From Salpingoeca rosetta (lineage: Eukaryota > Protista > Choanoflagellata), in assembly GCA_033442325.1 (NCBI GenBank), contig JAWQFM010000013.1:1-64000 (forward strand): a DNA stretch of 64,000 nucleotides, given 5' to 3'. How positions within the stretch are numbered: position 1 is the first letter of the stretch; each line of letters begins with the position of its first letter. Shown one piece after another: positions 13,501 through 29,761 of the stretch. The translations under genes and the position numbers were made by a program. Below the pieces are notes generated by a model. It had not been told where the DNA came from. It saw only the letters and a list, made by a program, of their open reading frames with translations, and did not search any database.

Positions 13501-14513
13501 TCACACGCCACCCACATCACCACAACCACTACCACTCATCTCACCTCCACTCCATGGTCGCAGCCGCTGCTGTTGGTGACCAATGACGGCGACGACGAGG
13601 AGGAGATGGACAAGATACAGAGGGCCCGTTCATCCAATTGCAGCCAGACATCAGCTGCTTCTGTTGCTGCTGCTGGTGGTGGAAACGGTGAAAACAAACG
13701 GCCCCTTGCCATGCCGTGTCCTTTGCTCGCTCGCTCGGCTGTTTGCTTGGTCGGTTGGACGGAGACGGATGCATGGCCCTGTGTCCAAATCAATCGAAAA
13801 GGGGGAGAAGAAGAAGAGACACATGAGTGGACAGAACAGACAAGGAAAGAGGGAGGCGAAGCAGGAAACACAACGTGTCAACCAACACACACACACACAC
13901 ATCTCAGTCGCCCTCTCACCCTCAGCACTCGTCATCGTCATCGTCGTTGGTTCCACCGCTTCATGTGCCTCGCCAACGCTGTGAATCGTGTGTACAGACG
14001 CACGAAGAGGAGAATGCAGGGGGGTGAGGTTGATAGCGAAGCATCATCAACCACACGCCAGCCCCATCCAACCACCCGCACTGACACACACAACCACACG
14101 CACGCATGTTATCCCCACTCACTACCACAACACACACACACACACACACATGCTCATCTCTTCATCAGAGCGAGTGACATGTGCAATGTCTGCCTCACGC
14201 CAGATTGGAGCTGGCGTCGACCGGAGTGTGATGGCGGCTGTGCGGTCGATGGCGATGGTGGTGGTGGCGGTGACAGCGAAGCTGAGGTGGAAGAGAGACA
14301 AAGGAGAAAGAAATGGGGAGGTTGATGATGATGATGGGGTCGTTCGTGGCGGCTGCTTTCCCCTCCTCTGACGTGGCACTGGTGCGCATGCAACCAACAC
14401 ACAACGACAAGACACAACGACATCACACACAACACACAGGTATGGCATGTGAGCACAGCAAGCGTGTTCACCTTCCTGCCCCCTCTCCTTTGCTTTCCTC
14501 CTGTTCGCCCCAC

Positions 14514-14580
<67 letters not shown>

Positions 14581-16537
14581 GCACATGACTGCGTCGCTGT
14601 GGTTGGATGTGCCCACCATGACCATGGATGTGCGTGCCCACAGCTGCTCCTCCCATTCCATCATGTGTGCACCACCCATCATCATCCTCCAACGATCCTC
14701 ACACAGTCGCTCCCCCTGTACACACACACACACACATGGCATGTGAGCTGCACAGCTACACTGGTGCACGAGATACAGCAGCAGCAACACCAAACACCCA
14801 CAGCAGCAGCACCAACACATGCACCATGTGGCAACCAATGAATGCGTGATGGGCTCACCTCGCTCAAGCACATGGGAACACTGCATGAGCACAACAGCGG
14901 CAGCTGAATCGGGGAAGTTGCAGCAGCAGCAGCCGGCATGCGAGCCCGCTTCCATCAACATCCTGATGTGTGCTGGTACCTCACCACCTGTGCATATGTG
15001 CATGTGTGTGTGTGTGTGGTTGCAGGCACCATGGATGGGAACAGAACACAACAGGCACAGAGCAAGCCATCATATCAGCACAGCAGAACGAGTGATGGAC
15101 ACCACATTCACCACGTGTGCGTGTGTGTCGATGTGTGTGTCCATCATCCCCCCATCAACCCTTCGTCCTCTCGTTCGCTTCATCGCATCCCATCACTGCC
15201 ACACTCCATCACACACCAACCAACCACCCATCACCACCCACATACCGTGTGTGAGGCGAGTGCAGCTGGCACGCGTGGCAAGTATCCTCGACAATCCCTC
15301 ATCCTGCTGCTTGCGCGTGTGCATCGCCTGTAAGTGTGGTTGTGTGCGAGCACCAGCATGGTGAGTGGGAGGGAAGGAAGAGGGATCATTGACATGTGCG
15401 CAGTCACACTGCTGCTGCTACTGGTGATGCTTTGCGTGCATGTGTGTGTGAAGAAGAAAGGGAAGAGAGAGAAAACAGAACACAGAAGGGAAGGAACAAG
15501 TCATGCTGCACCCCTTCCATCCATACCTCCCTCTTCCTCACACCACACACTACCGTCCTCTGTCACCAGCCAGCCAGCCACACCACACCACACCACACCA
15601 CACTCACCCAACATCCCCCACCCCACCTCATTCCATCCATCCATCCAGCCATCCAACACACCATCTCCTCTCCTTTTCCCTCTTCTTCTCGCCCTCACCT
15701 GCTGCTGCTGCTGCTTGCGGAAAATGCAACTTGTGCTGTCGCCACCTGTTCCCAGCTGCAAACAGCCAGCTTCCGCCAGCAGCAGCAGCGGGCGATGGCT
15801 TGGTTGGTTGGTTGGTTGGCTGGGAAATGTGTTCAGCAGCAAGTGGTGGTGGTGGCGCTGCTGCTGCTGCATCGGCGGTGGAGGGTGTATTGGTTGCTGC
15901 TGTTGTTGTTGTTGTGATGGCCGCTAGGGAGGGCGAGAAAGAGAGGGAAAGACGAGCAGCGACTGCAAGGTGGAGAATGTGCAGGTGTGTAAGCAGTCGT
16001 GTGTGTGAGAACGACGAGTGAGACACTGCATCAAGCAAGGCAAAACATGCGGCCGCACCACACACACATGCATGCACATCCATGTGGGACAACAAGGGGA
16101 GAGACAGGAGCAACAGAGACAGCGAGCACAAAACATGCACACTGGTGCTGTGCACATCATACACACACACACATATTGCAGTGATGCACTCACGTTGCTC
16201 ATCGCTTGCTTGCTTGCTTTGTGTTGTGGTGTGAGTTGGTGTTGCTGCTTCCGCAGCCGCACAAGGGTGGCTGGATGGTCATCACATGGCAGCGCCCGTC
16301 TGTTCATCCCACCACAGCAGTGGTGGCTGGTGGAGGGGGAGGGGTGACAGCTGCTGGCTCAAGGCCCTCTGTGTGTGGCGACAGCAGAAAGAAGGAAGGG
16401 GAAACGAGCAAGTGTGGAAGGTGGTGGTGATAGTGGTGTTGAGGATGGGAAGGGAAGGATGTGAGCAAACACACAAGAGAAAATGAGGAGGTGGTGATGG
16501 CGTGTGGGTGGATGGTGGAGAAGAGAACACGCACGTC

Positions 16538-16614
<77 letters not shown>

Positions 16615-16720
16615 GTCTGGGTGATGCAGTGGTTCGAGTACCAATCGTCTGTCAGCACGCAGTCATTGTTGGTTGGTTGGGGGGTTGGTTGGCCCACTGG
16701 CTCACGCATCAGCCAGCACC

Positions 16721-16754
<34 letters not shown>

Positions 16755-17927
16755 GCTGCTGATGATAATGGAATGCACCCATCTGCACGCACCACCAAAA
16801 ACAAGTAAGCAACAACGGCAGTGAGCAGTGAGCAGCATGTCACAAACAGACAGAAAGAAGAAAGACAACAGAAGGAGGAGGAGCAGAAACACAACCCCGT
16901 GCACACACACACACATGTATACACATTGGCTGTGATGCTGGTTGATGTCATTTTCCCCCTCTCTCATGTGTGTGCTGCTCACTGGTTGAGAGGTTGCATG
17001 ATCCATTCTCAGGGTCGCCGCTGCATGACGGTGGCTGATGGCACTTGTTCTGTCACCACACAATGGTGAGCAAGTGTGAGAGTGTGTGTGAGTGTGTGTA
17101 TTGGTGTGTACCACGCAGTGGTGTGTGTTGGTATGTGATCCAACCACCCATGCACGGATGGATGGTGGTCCACCTGTGTGTGGCTGTGTGTGCACGATGA
17201 CAGCGTGCGCTGTGTTGTTGTTTGTGTTGTTAATGGTGGCTGTTGTTGCTGTGCGCAGTGTGCAAGGGGAAGAAGGGGAAGAGGAGGAGCACGGAGTGAG
17301 TGGGAAGAAGTGAGTGCACTCAATCTCACCCTCACCTGTCGATGGATGGGTCATTCATGTGGTCATTGGTTGGTTGGTTGGTTGGTTGTGCGTGGTTCAT
17401 CACAGGAGAAGGAAATGGACAACGATGGAAGGATGGAAGGATGGGAGAAGGGGAGAGAAGGGGGAGAGAGACGGTGCGCACACCCTCCCTGCACATGTGC
17501 ATGTGTGTGTGTGTGCGTCAGCGAGAAGGACGACGAAGGGAAGGAAGAGAAGGAAGGAAGGAAGGAAGGAACGTGGCACGCACAACCACCAATGTGTGCG
17601 TGTGCGTGTGCACGAATCAATGACACATCCCCACCTCACCTCACCTCACCTCATCTTCATCTCAACTCACCGCATCTCTCACCTGCCTGTCAGCGATGAC
17701 GACGACCATGGTCACCATCACCATTCCCACCACCATCACCATCACACACCAGCTGCTGCGCAGAAGAAGAAGAATGAAGCAACGGCGAGTGGATTGGTTG
17801 GTTGTTGTTCGCTCGTTTCTGCTTGCTGCTGCTGGTTTTTTTGGTGTGTGTGCGATTTTCCTCCTCTTCCTCTTCTTGCTTGCTTGCTGGCTCTGCCTTG
17901 ATAAATTGCCTGTCTTCCTCCACTGTC

Positions 17928-18046
17928 GGCAACGTTCATACCAACGGGATCACGCCCGCTCTCGTCCGATCGCGGAAGCTAAGCCCGTTTGGGCCCGTTC
18001 AGTACTGCCGTGGGTGACCAGGCGGGAATCACGGGTGATGTTGCTC
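17928..18046 (+). rRNA. 5S rRNA gene, single dispersed copy
   Basis: GGCAACGTTCATACC...CTCGTCCGATCGCGGAAGCTAAGC...GGGCCCGTTCAGTACT...TGGGTGACC...GGGAATCACGGGTGATGTTGCT aligns colinearly with eukaryotic 5S. About 119 nt; the 5' and 3' ends form a 9-bp helix I; box A (AGCTAAGC) is present. Confidence 0.95.
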
Positions 18047-18061
18047 TTTTCCTTTTTTTTT
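18047..18061 (+). terminator. RNA polymerase III oligo-T terminator of the 5S gene
   Basis: TTTTCCTTTTTTTTT immediately follows the 5S 3' end. Confidence 0.8.
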
Positions 18062-18279
18062 CTCTCTTCCATATGGGGTTGCTGCTGTAGCTGCTGTGGT
18101 GCTGCTGCTGTGGTGGTTGCTGTCTCTCCTCCTCTCTCTTGGCTTGGCTTGATTTGGTTTACTTCTTCTTCTTCTTCTTTGCTTGCTGACTGAGTTGCTT
18201 CAACTTGGGGGTGACGAGGTGGTGGCGTGTGTTGGCTCATCTCCCTCTCTCTTGTTGCTTGACTGTAGCGTTGCTTTGC

Positions 18280-18337
<58 letters not shown>

Positions 18338-18699
18338 TTGCCTGACATCGTGTCTTCTCAACGCGTTTACTTCCATGTACTGACGCAGAGGAATCACACA
18401 CAGGTGGGCTGAACTAATGAACTAGTGACAGAGCTGATCTTGGTTACGCTGTTAAGACATCTTCGTCCTCTCCTCATCCTCCTCATCCTCATCATCACAC
18501 GCAAACACATCACATGGGGGCATTGTCCTTGGCCGTCTTTCGTCGGTGGGCGAGGGGTGTTGCACCATACAGACTCCTGCATCACATCGTGTGGCGTGTC
18601 ATTGGGCGTGCCGTACGCCAACCCTTCCACTTGCATCTTCCCCCTGCGAGCATTTGCGTGTTTGTGCGCATGAAGGTGTTGGTGGTGGCAGCAAGATGT

Positions 18700-18743
18700 T
18701 ATGTGAGGTGACCGCGCTGATTCGCACCCCTGCGCACGATCCC

Positions 18744-18837
<94 letters not shown>

Positions 18838-19165
18838 ACATCTGCGACGCGTTGTCGCCACTGAACAGGTTGATCCTGGCAGACTCCAAGTGCTGATAGC
18901 AGCAAACAACACAGACAAGACACACGAGTTGGCAGATGGTGAGAGTGGTTGAATGGACACGAGAACAAGCGAGAACGCACACACCACACCATACTCCCCA
19001 TACTCACTCCACAACTCCTTGTGCCAACAACGTACTCCCTCACCTGTGTGCACTTGGGTGGAGAGGGACTTGAAGAACTCCTCAAACACAAACACAACGC
19101 GTCTCTGCATCATCTCCACCACCTCAACAGGGATCGACCGCAGGATCCTCGGAAGCTGAACACAG

Positions 19166-19264
<99 letters not shown>

Positions 19265-19719
19265 AGCGACGTGACATGCAAGCCATCACGAAGCACATAC
19301 CCCATTAAAGCAACATCATCCGCTCACGCATCGCTTGACATCCCCATGTCACCGATCTATCACCACACCTCGAGGAGCCTGTGTTCGGGGAATGCGGATG
19401 CTGAACGTCTCCCAGTCCAGCAGGCCCTGGTAGGGCTGCAAGAATGCAAAAAGCAAACGCCAGAACATCACATCACTGCGCCATGAGCGACGGGAGGGGT
19501 ACATCCACACAGTGATGTGACACACAAGAAACACACACACACACACAATATAATCCATCCATACGCACCAGCGCGTAGTGATCGACGACAATGACGGGGA
19601 TGGCACCCGCAACCATGATCTATGAGGCATGAAGGGGGATGACAGGAGATGGAAGGCGGATGATGAGCACAAACAGGACCGAAATCGTCTGCAACACACG
19701 CACACACACACACACACAC

Positions 19720-19756
<37 letters not shown>

Positions 19757-21213
19757 CACACACACACACACCTGAAGGAGTGGTAGCCAATCCTTCAACG
19801 ATGAGCCCAAACTTGGTCTCCAGCGCCAGCTCTGTGTATGTGTACTTGTTGAGCTCTTCCTCTGCCTGCTTACACGAGAGGTCATACCCAACCTTTCCCC
19901 TCACGGCCCATGCGCTATTCGCCAAACCACCGGCACGCGCACACCAACACAATGTCCCTGCGCATACACAAGCAAACACAGGCGATGTGTGTGTGTGTGT
20001 GTGAGGTGGTTCCAGACAGATACACACACAGCACCAAAACAAGTTGACTCCGAGGCAACACACAACACACGCACACGGACACGGAACGAAGTAACACACA
20101 ACACTCGCACGCGAAGCACACCTCACCTGTCGTTGTGCAGCTTGGGGAGGTGGTTGCGCATGGCATCAGAATGAGCAGACTTGATAGTGCGTCTGCACAA
20201 CAGGGAAAGAAGGCACACGTCAAGCAGCCGCACCACAACAGGGTTGGAGTGAGATTGCAGTCACGGCACAACAAGAGCGAGCGGTGGTGCAATGAGCGAC
20301 ACCAGCCCCTCTAAACCCAGCAGCAGCAGCAGTGAACATCGTACCACGTCACAACACACACAGCACACACGTGCATGCACAGACCAGTAGATGACGAGGT
20401 ATTTCCTGTGTGTGTGTGGGCGAAACGCGTCACTGCTCCGGTGTGAATGAATGTCACCATGGAGAAGAGTGGCATGGACACATCGAGGCCGTCACGGTGG
20501 TGGAATTCACTGAGGTTGTGTGATGAGATGGAACAGACAGGATTGGTGAAGCGTGTCAGCATCAGCAGTCGCACATGGTGCGTACCAACCCAAGATGCAT
20601 TTCCGTTCCAAAACACACACACACACACACACACGCCTACCTGTGTCAGCATCGTGGATTGACGAGGAGGAGGTGATGGACGAGCCAGGGCATGTCATGT
20701 GCAAGTCGTTGCCAGCCAACACACACCATCACACCACTTCTGGAACAGACAGCACGGCTGCGCCCACCGCACTTGCGGCTGCATCGACGATGAGGATGGA
20801 TGGCGAGTTGCATGGAATGCCGTCGCAGGAAAAGGTCCTTGTCCACAGCCACGCCGCTGATCCACTTGCATCCGCCGTGTAGCAGCTCATCAAGCGTGGT
20901 GGTGTCTGCTGTGTTCGTGCTGCGATCAGTGGTCACACCCGTCGAGGAGGGTGTTGTGAGCCAGCCAGCACGCCGCCTGCAGTGCCCACTTGGCTCAACC
21001 GGCTTGCAGACTATTGATGGTGGTCGTGTCATCCACTGCTGCTGTCACTGTTGCTGTCACCGCTGTCATTGCTGTTGCTGTTGTTGATGGGCTGATGATG
21101 AGCACAGAGGTGGTGGGAGTTGCATCAAAAGGAGGGATGCCGTAGATGAGGCTGTTGCTGGCGACGACGCCACCAACCCTAATCGCTATTGCCAGTGCCC
21201 TTGCCGAGTGCAT
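18700..21213 (-). pseudogene. Exostosin-family (GT47) glycosyltransferase pseudogene, introns retained
   Basis: Exon remnants DGLDVSMPLF, RKYLV, MRNHLPKLHND-DIVLVC, YTELALETKFGLIVEG/GYHSFR, MVAGAIPVIVVDHYAL-PYQGLLDWETFSIRIP/EHRLLE-LPRILRSIP follow the exostosin domain order. In-frame TAG at 19915-19917 and frameshifts near 19790, 19390 and 19900. Boundaries approximate. Confidence 0.75.
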
Positions 21214-21627
21214 CTTGGATGCTGTTGCCAGACGGTGGGCTGACTGACAGTGTTTTGTGGCTTGTAACACACATGTATGCAAACGGACCAAGACGGAGAC
21301 CTGCCTCTCTGTGATTATTCACTGCCTGCTGGCTGGCTGGCTTGCCGTGCATTTGTCGTGCTTTTGTCCCAGTTGCAAGCAACACAGCAGTTGATACCGC
21401 CTTCCCTTTCGTTCCTCCACGCAGAGCACTGCTCCTTGTCAAGCCGTTCGCCCCTGCCTGTGCATGCCTGTGCGTGTCTGTGCCTGTGCGTGCTTGTGCG
21501 TGTCTGTGCGTGTGCGTCTGCCTTCCATCACACAGCAGTGAACCCTTTCAACAACGAAGTAGAAAAGTGCTGACTCGGCACAATTCGGTTTTTTTTTTGT
21601 TTGGTGGGGAAGAAGACAAGAAGGAAG

Positions 21628-24245
<2,618 letters not shown>

Positions 24246-24339
24246 TATGTTTACTTGTGCTGGCTTTGTGTGTGTCTGTGTGTGTCTGTGTGTGTCTGTG
24301 TGTGTCTGTGTGTGTGTGCTTGTCCTCAGAGCCTCTTTT

Positions 24340-27300
24340 GAGTCCTGTATCCTTGAGAAGATGAAGCGGTGCGCGGTTCCTCAATACGCACAACAGTGTT
24401 GTCATTGCCTCTCACGCCATCTTCCCCTCCACCCCCGCACCCTCCCCCTCCAGTTATCGGAGTGCGAACCTCAGCCTCACCTCCAGTATCGGCCACTGCA
24501 TCAGCGAGTGTCCCGACGGCGAGTATGAGCTCGGCCAACGGGTGTGCTGAATGCCATTCCACCAAACGCCACCCATTGCATCAACCTGTGCGACGGCAAC
24601 CTCACCAGTCGTGCATTGCCCATTGCCCTCTCGACTACTACGCCAAGGACCACCGCTGCGTGCCATGCACCACGTGCGGCATGGGCACCTGGGCCTCCAC
24701 CCCACGCTCCGCGTCCTCTGACGCCGTCTGCTGTTCCTGGACCGAGCGCAAGCCGGGTCAGAAGGAGTCCGTCTCTGGCAACGCCGTGCGCAACCACCAC
24801 ATGCGTGAGCTGCACCCTTTGGCATGGAGTACCAGCCGCTGCCGGAGCGCGCCTCGTGCTTCCCCACCAGCGTGTGCGAGGAGCCCTTCATCGAGACCAT
24901 CCCGCCCACGCTCACCACGGACCGCCTGTGCTCCTGCGACACGCTCACCTGCAACAAGCTCATCACGCAGCTGTTTGAGGAGATGGTGTGCGCCGGGCCC
25001 ATGGACGAGCAGCTCGACGTTGTGCTTGACGTGTGCTGCGCCGGCCAAGGCGAGGATGGCATCCACAACACCATTCGCCAGATGGATGCCGACGAGGCAC
25101 GCCGCTCCTGCACAGGCTGCACAGACACGTGTGAGTGCAGCGCTAGCTTCATCCTTGTCTACGACGCCGAGTCGGCCGACTGTCGGCCGTGCGACAGCGT
25201 GACGGAGTTCTCCCCATCCATTGGCGGCAGCAGGTGCGAGCCTACTGAGGAGTGCGAGCGCGGCCAGGAGGAGGTCGCCGCGCCAACCTGCTGCTCCTCG
25301 GACCGCGTGCGCCGCGACTGCTCGGCCGGCACCATCGATTCGGACAGCGACGGCTCCATGAGTTGTCAGATGTGCCCCCGGTGGCCACTACACGGAGGCG
25401 GGCTGCCACGGCTCCTGTTCCAGCTTCACCTGCCGCGCGGGCACTCACGACCACGACAGCGACCCCGCCACCCTCGTGCATGGACGTCACAGAGTGCGCG
25501 CCCGGGTTTGAGCAGGTGCGGGCCATGACACTCCTCATCAGCGACCGCGTCTGCGACGAGTGCCCAGAGGGTACGCACAAGGCTGTCTCTGGCCAGGGCG
25601 TGCCCTGTCTCCCCATCATCACCACGTGCGACGCCGGCGAGGAGGAGACGGCCGAGCCCACCCCCACCAACGACCGCGTGTGCAGCCAGTGCGAGCTCGG
25701 CGCCACCTTCAAGCCCGTCCAACGGCCAGGCCGAGTCGTGCCGCCCCGTCACGCAGGGCGGCCCGGATGAGGAGAGATTCGCTTTGCAAACCCACACGCC
25801 AGCACGACCGCCTCTGCCGCAAGTACGTCCAGGACACGTGCGTGGGCGTGACGCGTTGCACTGCCTGGGTGTACATTTCCACGCACGGCCGTGAGCGAGT
25901 GCGAGTTTGGCACCTTCCAGAAGCCAGGCGCTCACGCTCGACTCTGAGCGCGAGTGCACGCTCGAGTGCTCTGAGTGCCCCAGTGGCCGCTTCGAGATTC
26001 GCGCCTGCTCTGCGCTGGAGGACGTGCAGTGCGCCGGCTGCTCCGCGTGCTTGCCAACCACATACATCCTGCGCGCCTGCGACTCAGAGAACGACGTCTT
26101 GCCAGCAGTGCAGCACATGCTCCGATGAGCAGTACCGCAGCGCGCCATGCACCGCCACCAGCAACACGGCATGCATGACGCTCGACGTGTGCGACCAGGA
26201 CCAGTTCTCCAGTTTGAGCTCTTCCCCACCGCCACGCCGACCACGGACCGCATCTGCCGCGACCTAACCCAGTGCAACCCGTCGACGGAGTACGAGCGGA
26301 CCGCCTGTGCCACCTCATCACCAAGTGCGACCCTGGCGAGCAGCGCATCCGCGCCCACCTCCACCTCCGACGCCAAGTGCGAGCCGTGCCCCATCGGCAC
26401 CACCGACGACGACCGCAACCCGATCACCGCCTGCCAGCCGTGCCTCTTACGGCCACCATGTGCCTGCGGGATCCATCGGCTCCTGCAAGCAGTTCCTGTG
26501 CCCGGCCGGCACCGTCGACCTGGACCGCAACGCCAGCACACGCCGTGCACGCCGTGCCATGTTGGCGTGGACTTTGCCGCCCTCTCTGGCCAGCGCAATT
26601 GCACGCCTGTGACGGAGTGCGACCTCGGCTACGAGGAGGTGGTGCGCCCCACCATCTTCACCGACCGCCAGTGCCGCCGCTGCATCGAGGGCCTGTTCTA
26701 CCGCGACAGCACCACGGACTTCTGCATGCGCGTGTCGCCCTGCGAGCCTGGCTCGTTTGAGACAGCCGCGCCCACCATCAGCACGGACCGCGAGTGCCAG
26801 ATGGGCCGCACGTGCCCCAACAGCACCATGTTCATCTCGCGCCCGCTCATGCCCACGCAGAACCGCATCTGCTCGCCGTGAACGCAGTTCCTGTCCAGCG
26901 AGTACGAGCTCGTTGCGCCGTCGCTGGTCAACGACCGCGAGTGCCAGCGCGTGCGCTCGTGCCAGCACACGGAGTGCGAGGTGTCGGCGCCCACGGCCAC
27001 GACAGACCGCCTCTGCGCCACCATGAGCGACGCAATTTGAGGTGCTCCCACCGTGCGTGCGTGCCCGCGTACTTCGTCTCGCTCATCTGTGACGCCAAGT
27101 TCAACGCCCTTGCCGGCACTCAGCCGCGCCGCGAGATGTTTGAGGCCGCGCTGGTGCAGTCCATCAATACGACGCAGGATGCGTCGCAGATTCATTCTGC
27201 GCATCGACCTGCGCCAGGGCACCATTATTGCCACCGTCGCTTCCATCAACGAGGATTTTACGGCGCGCCTCTTCAACCGATCCGTCTCTGGCGACATTAC

Positions 27301-27870
27301 CGTCATGGCCTTCACCGCATCGCCGTGCGAGGCCGACGCGTTCCTGGACGACTCGTCCCTTTGGTTGCACGGGTGCACACGCGATCCAACCCATCGCACA
27401 GCAACTGCTGGAGCCTCACACGCACGCACGCTTGCCAGTTCACGTGGACGCCACATCCCGACATCAACCACAACAGCAGCCACCATCATCGCACCTGTTG
27501 TGATCGAGTGCTGTCAGCACATGCCACCTTCACCTCCCACATCATCATCATCATCCCAGCACTGCTGCCACTACCACAGCCACTGACAACGACAGCAACC
27601 AGGTCAAGGCATCGGATGCTGTTGGCTCTTGGACCACCACGGCGTTGTTGGAAGAGATGCCAGCAGCGTTGATGGTTGTGGTGGGAGTGCACACCATGGC
27701 AACAGCAGCGACAGCTGATGTGGTGGTGGTGGTGGTGGTGGTGGTGGTGCTTGCATTCCTCACGAGTTCCAGCAACAGCAAGGAGGTGGCCATCGTGATT
27801 CTGGTGGGCATGCGTGTGCTGGCTGTTGTTGGTGCCACCGCTGACAACAGCAGCTGCTGCGATGCGTGAC
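24340..27870 (+). pseudogene. Cysteine-rich TNFR-like/furin-like repeat surface protein pseudogene
   Basis: Dozens of CxxC / CxxG...PTxTxDRxC repeats (e.g. CDAGEEETAEPTPTNDRVCSQC, CPSGRFEIRACSALEDVQC) scattered over all three frames. TGA in place of an expected Cys at 26879-26881. Followed by a Ser/Thr-rich stretch and a hydrophobic segment at ~27700-27850. Confidence 0.75.
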
Positions 27871-28888
27871 AACGGCAGTGAAGGAGGAGGTGGATGTGTG
27901 TGGGGTGCATGGCACGCAGTCACCCTTCCTTTGTGGTTGGCTGTGCAATTGGCGTGTGTGCACACCGATGACGGCGATGACGAGACGGCTGTCAACCAAA
28001 TCACTTCCCACCTGAGGAACCACCGCATCGTGGCTGGTACACGCGTGCATGTCTTTCTTCCTTCAGACCGGCCATCGACAGAGCAGCGTTGCAGTGCGCC
28101 ATGCGGTGTTTGATGATGCGTCGTTGTTGTTGCCACTGCGTTGGCTGTTTGTTGACACGTATGCCGTGCATACTGAATTTCCTTCCTTCCTTCTTTCCTT
28201 CCTTCCTTGCTTGTTGTCTCTTTGCTCTGCCACTCTCCTTTGTCAGTGATGTGTGTTTGGTTGCTGGTTGCCGTGTTGTGGTGATTCTGCCTTGCATGTT
28301 CAATCGTTTCCAACAGTAATACATTGGGGGCAGAGTCAAGACATGAAGAGACGACAACAGCCCTCACACACGGGCACACAGTCAGCACCAACACGCACAT
28401 CCAAGCAAGAGAGGAAGGCAGAACCAGAGACACAGCACAGCTCAAGATAACAGCCACATCGCATGGTGCCACTTGCAGTGCAGCCAAACAACAAGACAGC
28501 AGTCATCCGCCGACGACCACCCGGGGAAAGGCAACGCCACAGCACATTCCCTCATCGACGTGTTTCTGTTTCCTGAAGGATGGTGTGTTCGTTCGCTGAA
28601 CACAATCAGGAAGGTTCCTCTGAGTCGACTTGTCCCGGTTCGTGGATGAAGATATGGCAAGTAGTCGTGGCTGGAGAGCAATGGTGTAAGTTTTCACATG
28701 CTTTTCTTTTAATTGGAGGGGGTGTGAGCTGTGTAATTCAGTCAGGCGCATGCGCGTGTGCTCACCACCATACCCACTCATAACACTCACTCACAACGCG
28801 TACTCACACACCACGCATACACGCACGGCGAGGCAGAGAAGCAGAGGAGAGCTTGCTTTCTCCAGCAAACACCTCGGAAGCAGCAAAC

Positions 28889-29725
28889 ATGTTTCGCTGT
28901 AAAAGTTTGGAGGTGGAGGCCTTGCTGCAACTGACTGATTTGCCGTGTTCTGACAAGGAGAAGATCAGGGCCATCGCCAATAACACGTGTGGGAGCTGGG
29001 TGGGGTGAGTACAAACAGAAACCCGTTGTCACATCTGAAGATTGAATAATCACGTGAAGGACCTTCGACATGTGCTCTTCTTTGCGCTATGTGCCCTTAT
29101 GTCGTCTGTGAATGTTGTCACACTCGGTGTATATGTGTGCGTGTGTGCTTGTGGCACTGCCGGGACGCACGAAGAGCTTCTCTGCTTCTATATGTGTCAG
29201 GTTGTGACTTTGCACCGGTCTCGTGTTTGCCCTATCCTCATTCTCTTGTTCGTTGTTCCACACAATTCGGAATTGCAGGTTTTCTCTTGCTCGCCTTTGC
29301 GAAAGTGGGGCGTGCGCGGTGGCCAGGGCGCTCAAGAACAACACCTGTCTCAGAACACTGAAGTACGTGATGATGTGGACTACGTCGTGCGACACGCATG
29401 GTTGATGTGGGTGTGTACATGTTGCGCCTTCTTTCTCCTTCCTCTTGTCTCTTCTCGCGCACATTCAGGTGCTCATCAATATTCCCTGCGTTTCTGCGTG
29501 CACAGCCTGCATTTGAATTCCGTCAACGATGAGGGCGCTGTGGCACTGGCAAGGAGACTGAAACACAACACCTCCTTGATGTCACTCGAGTGAGTGCGGA
29601 CACACGCATGGAAACCACTCACTATAAACGTGGTGCATTTTGTCTGTGTGTTGTGTGTGCGTGATGGTGTATGTGTGTGTGATGGTGTGTGCGCTTGTGT
29701 GTTGTGTGTGTGTGTGCGTTTGTGC

Positions 29726-29761
<36 letters not shown>

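Noticed and set aside
16631-16642. GGTTCGAGTACC resembling a tRNA B-box
   Set aside because: Imperfect match; no cloverleaf or properly spaced A-box; upstream is (CA)n.
24340-27100. Programmed frameshifting or selenocysteine recoding in the Cys-rich gene
   Set aside because: Lesions are numerous, irregular and shared with the two adjacent decayed genes; no consistent slippery site; simple decay or sequence error is more parsimonious.
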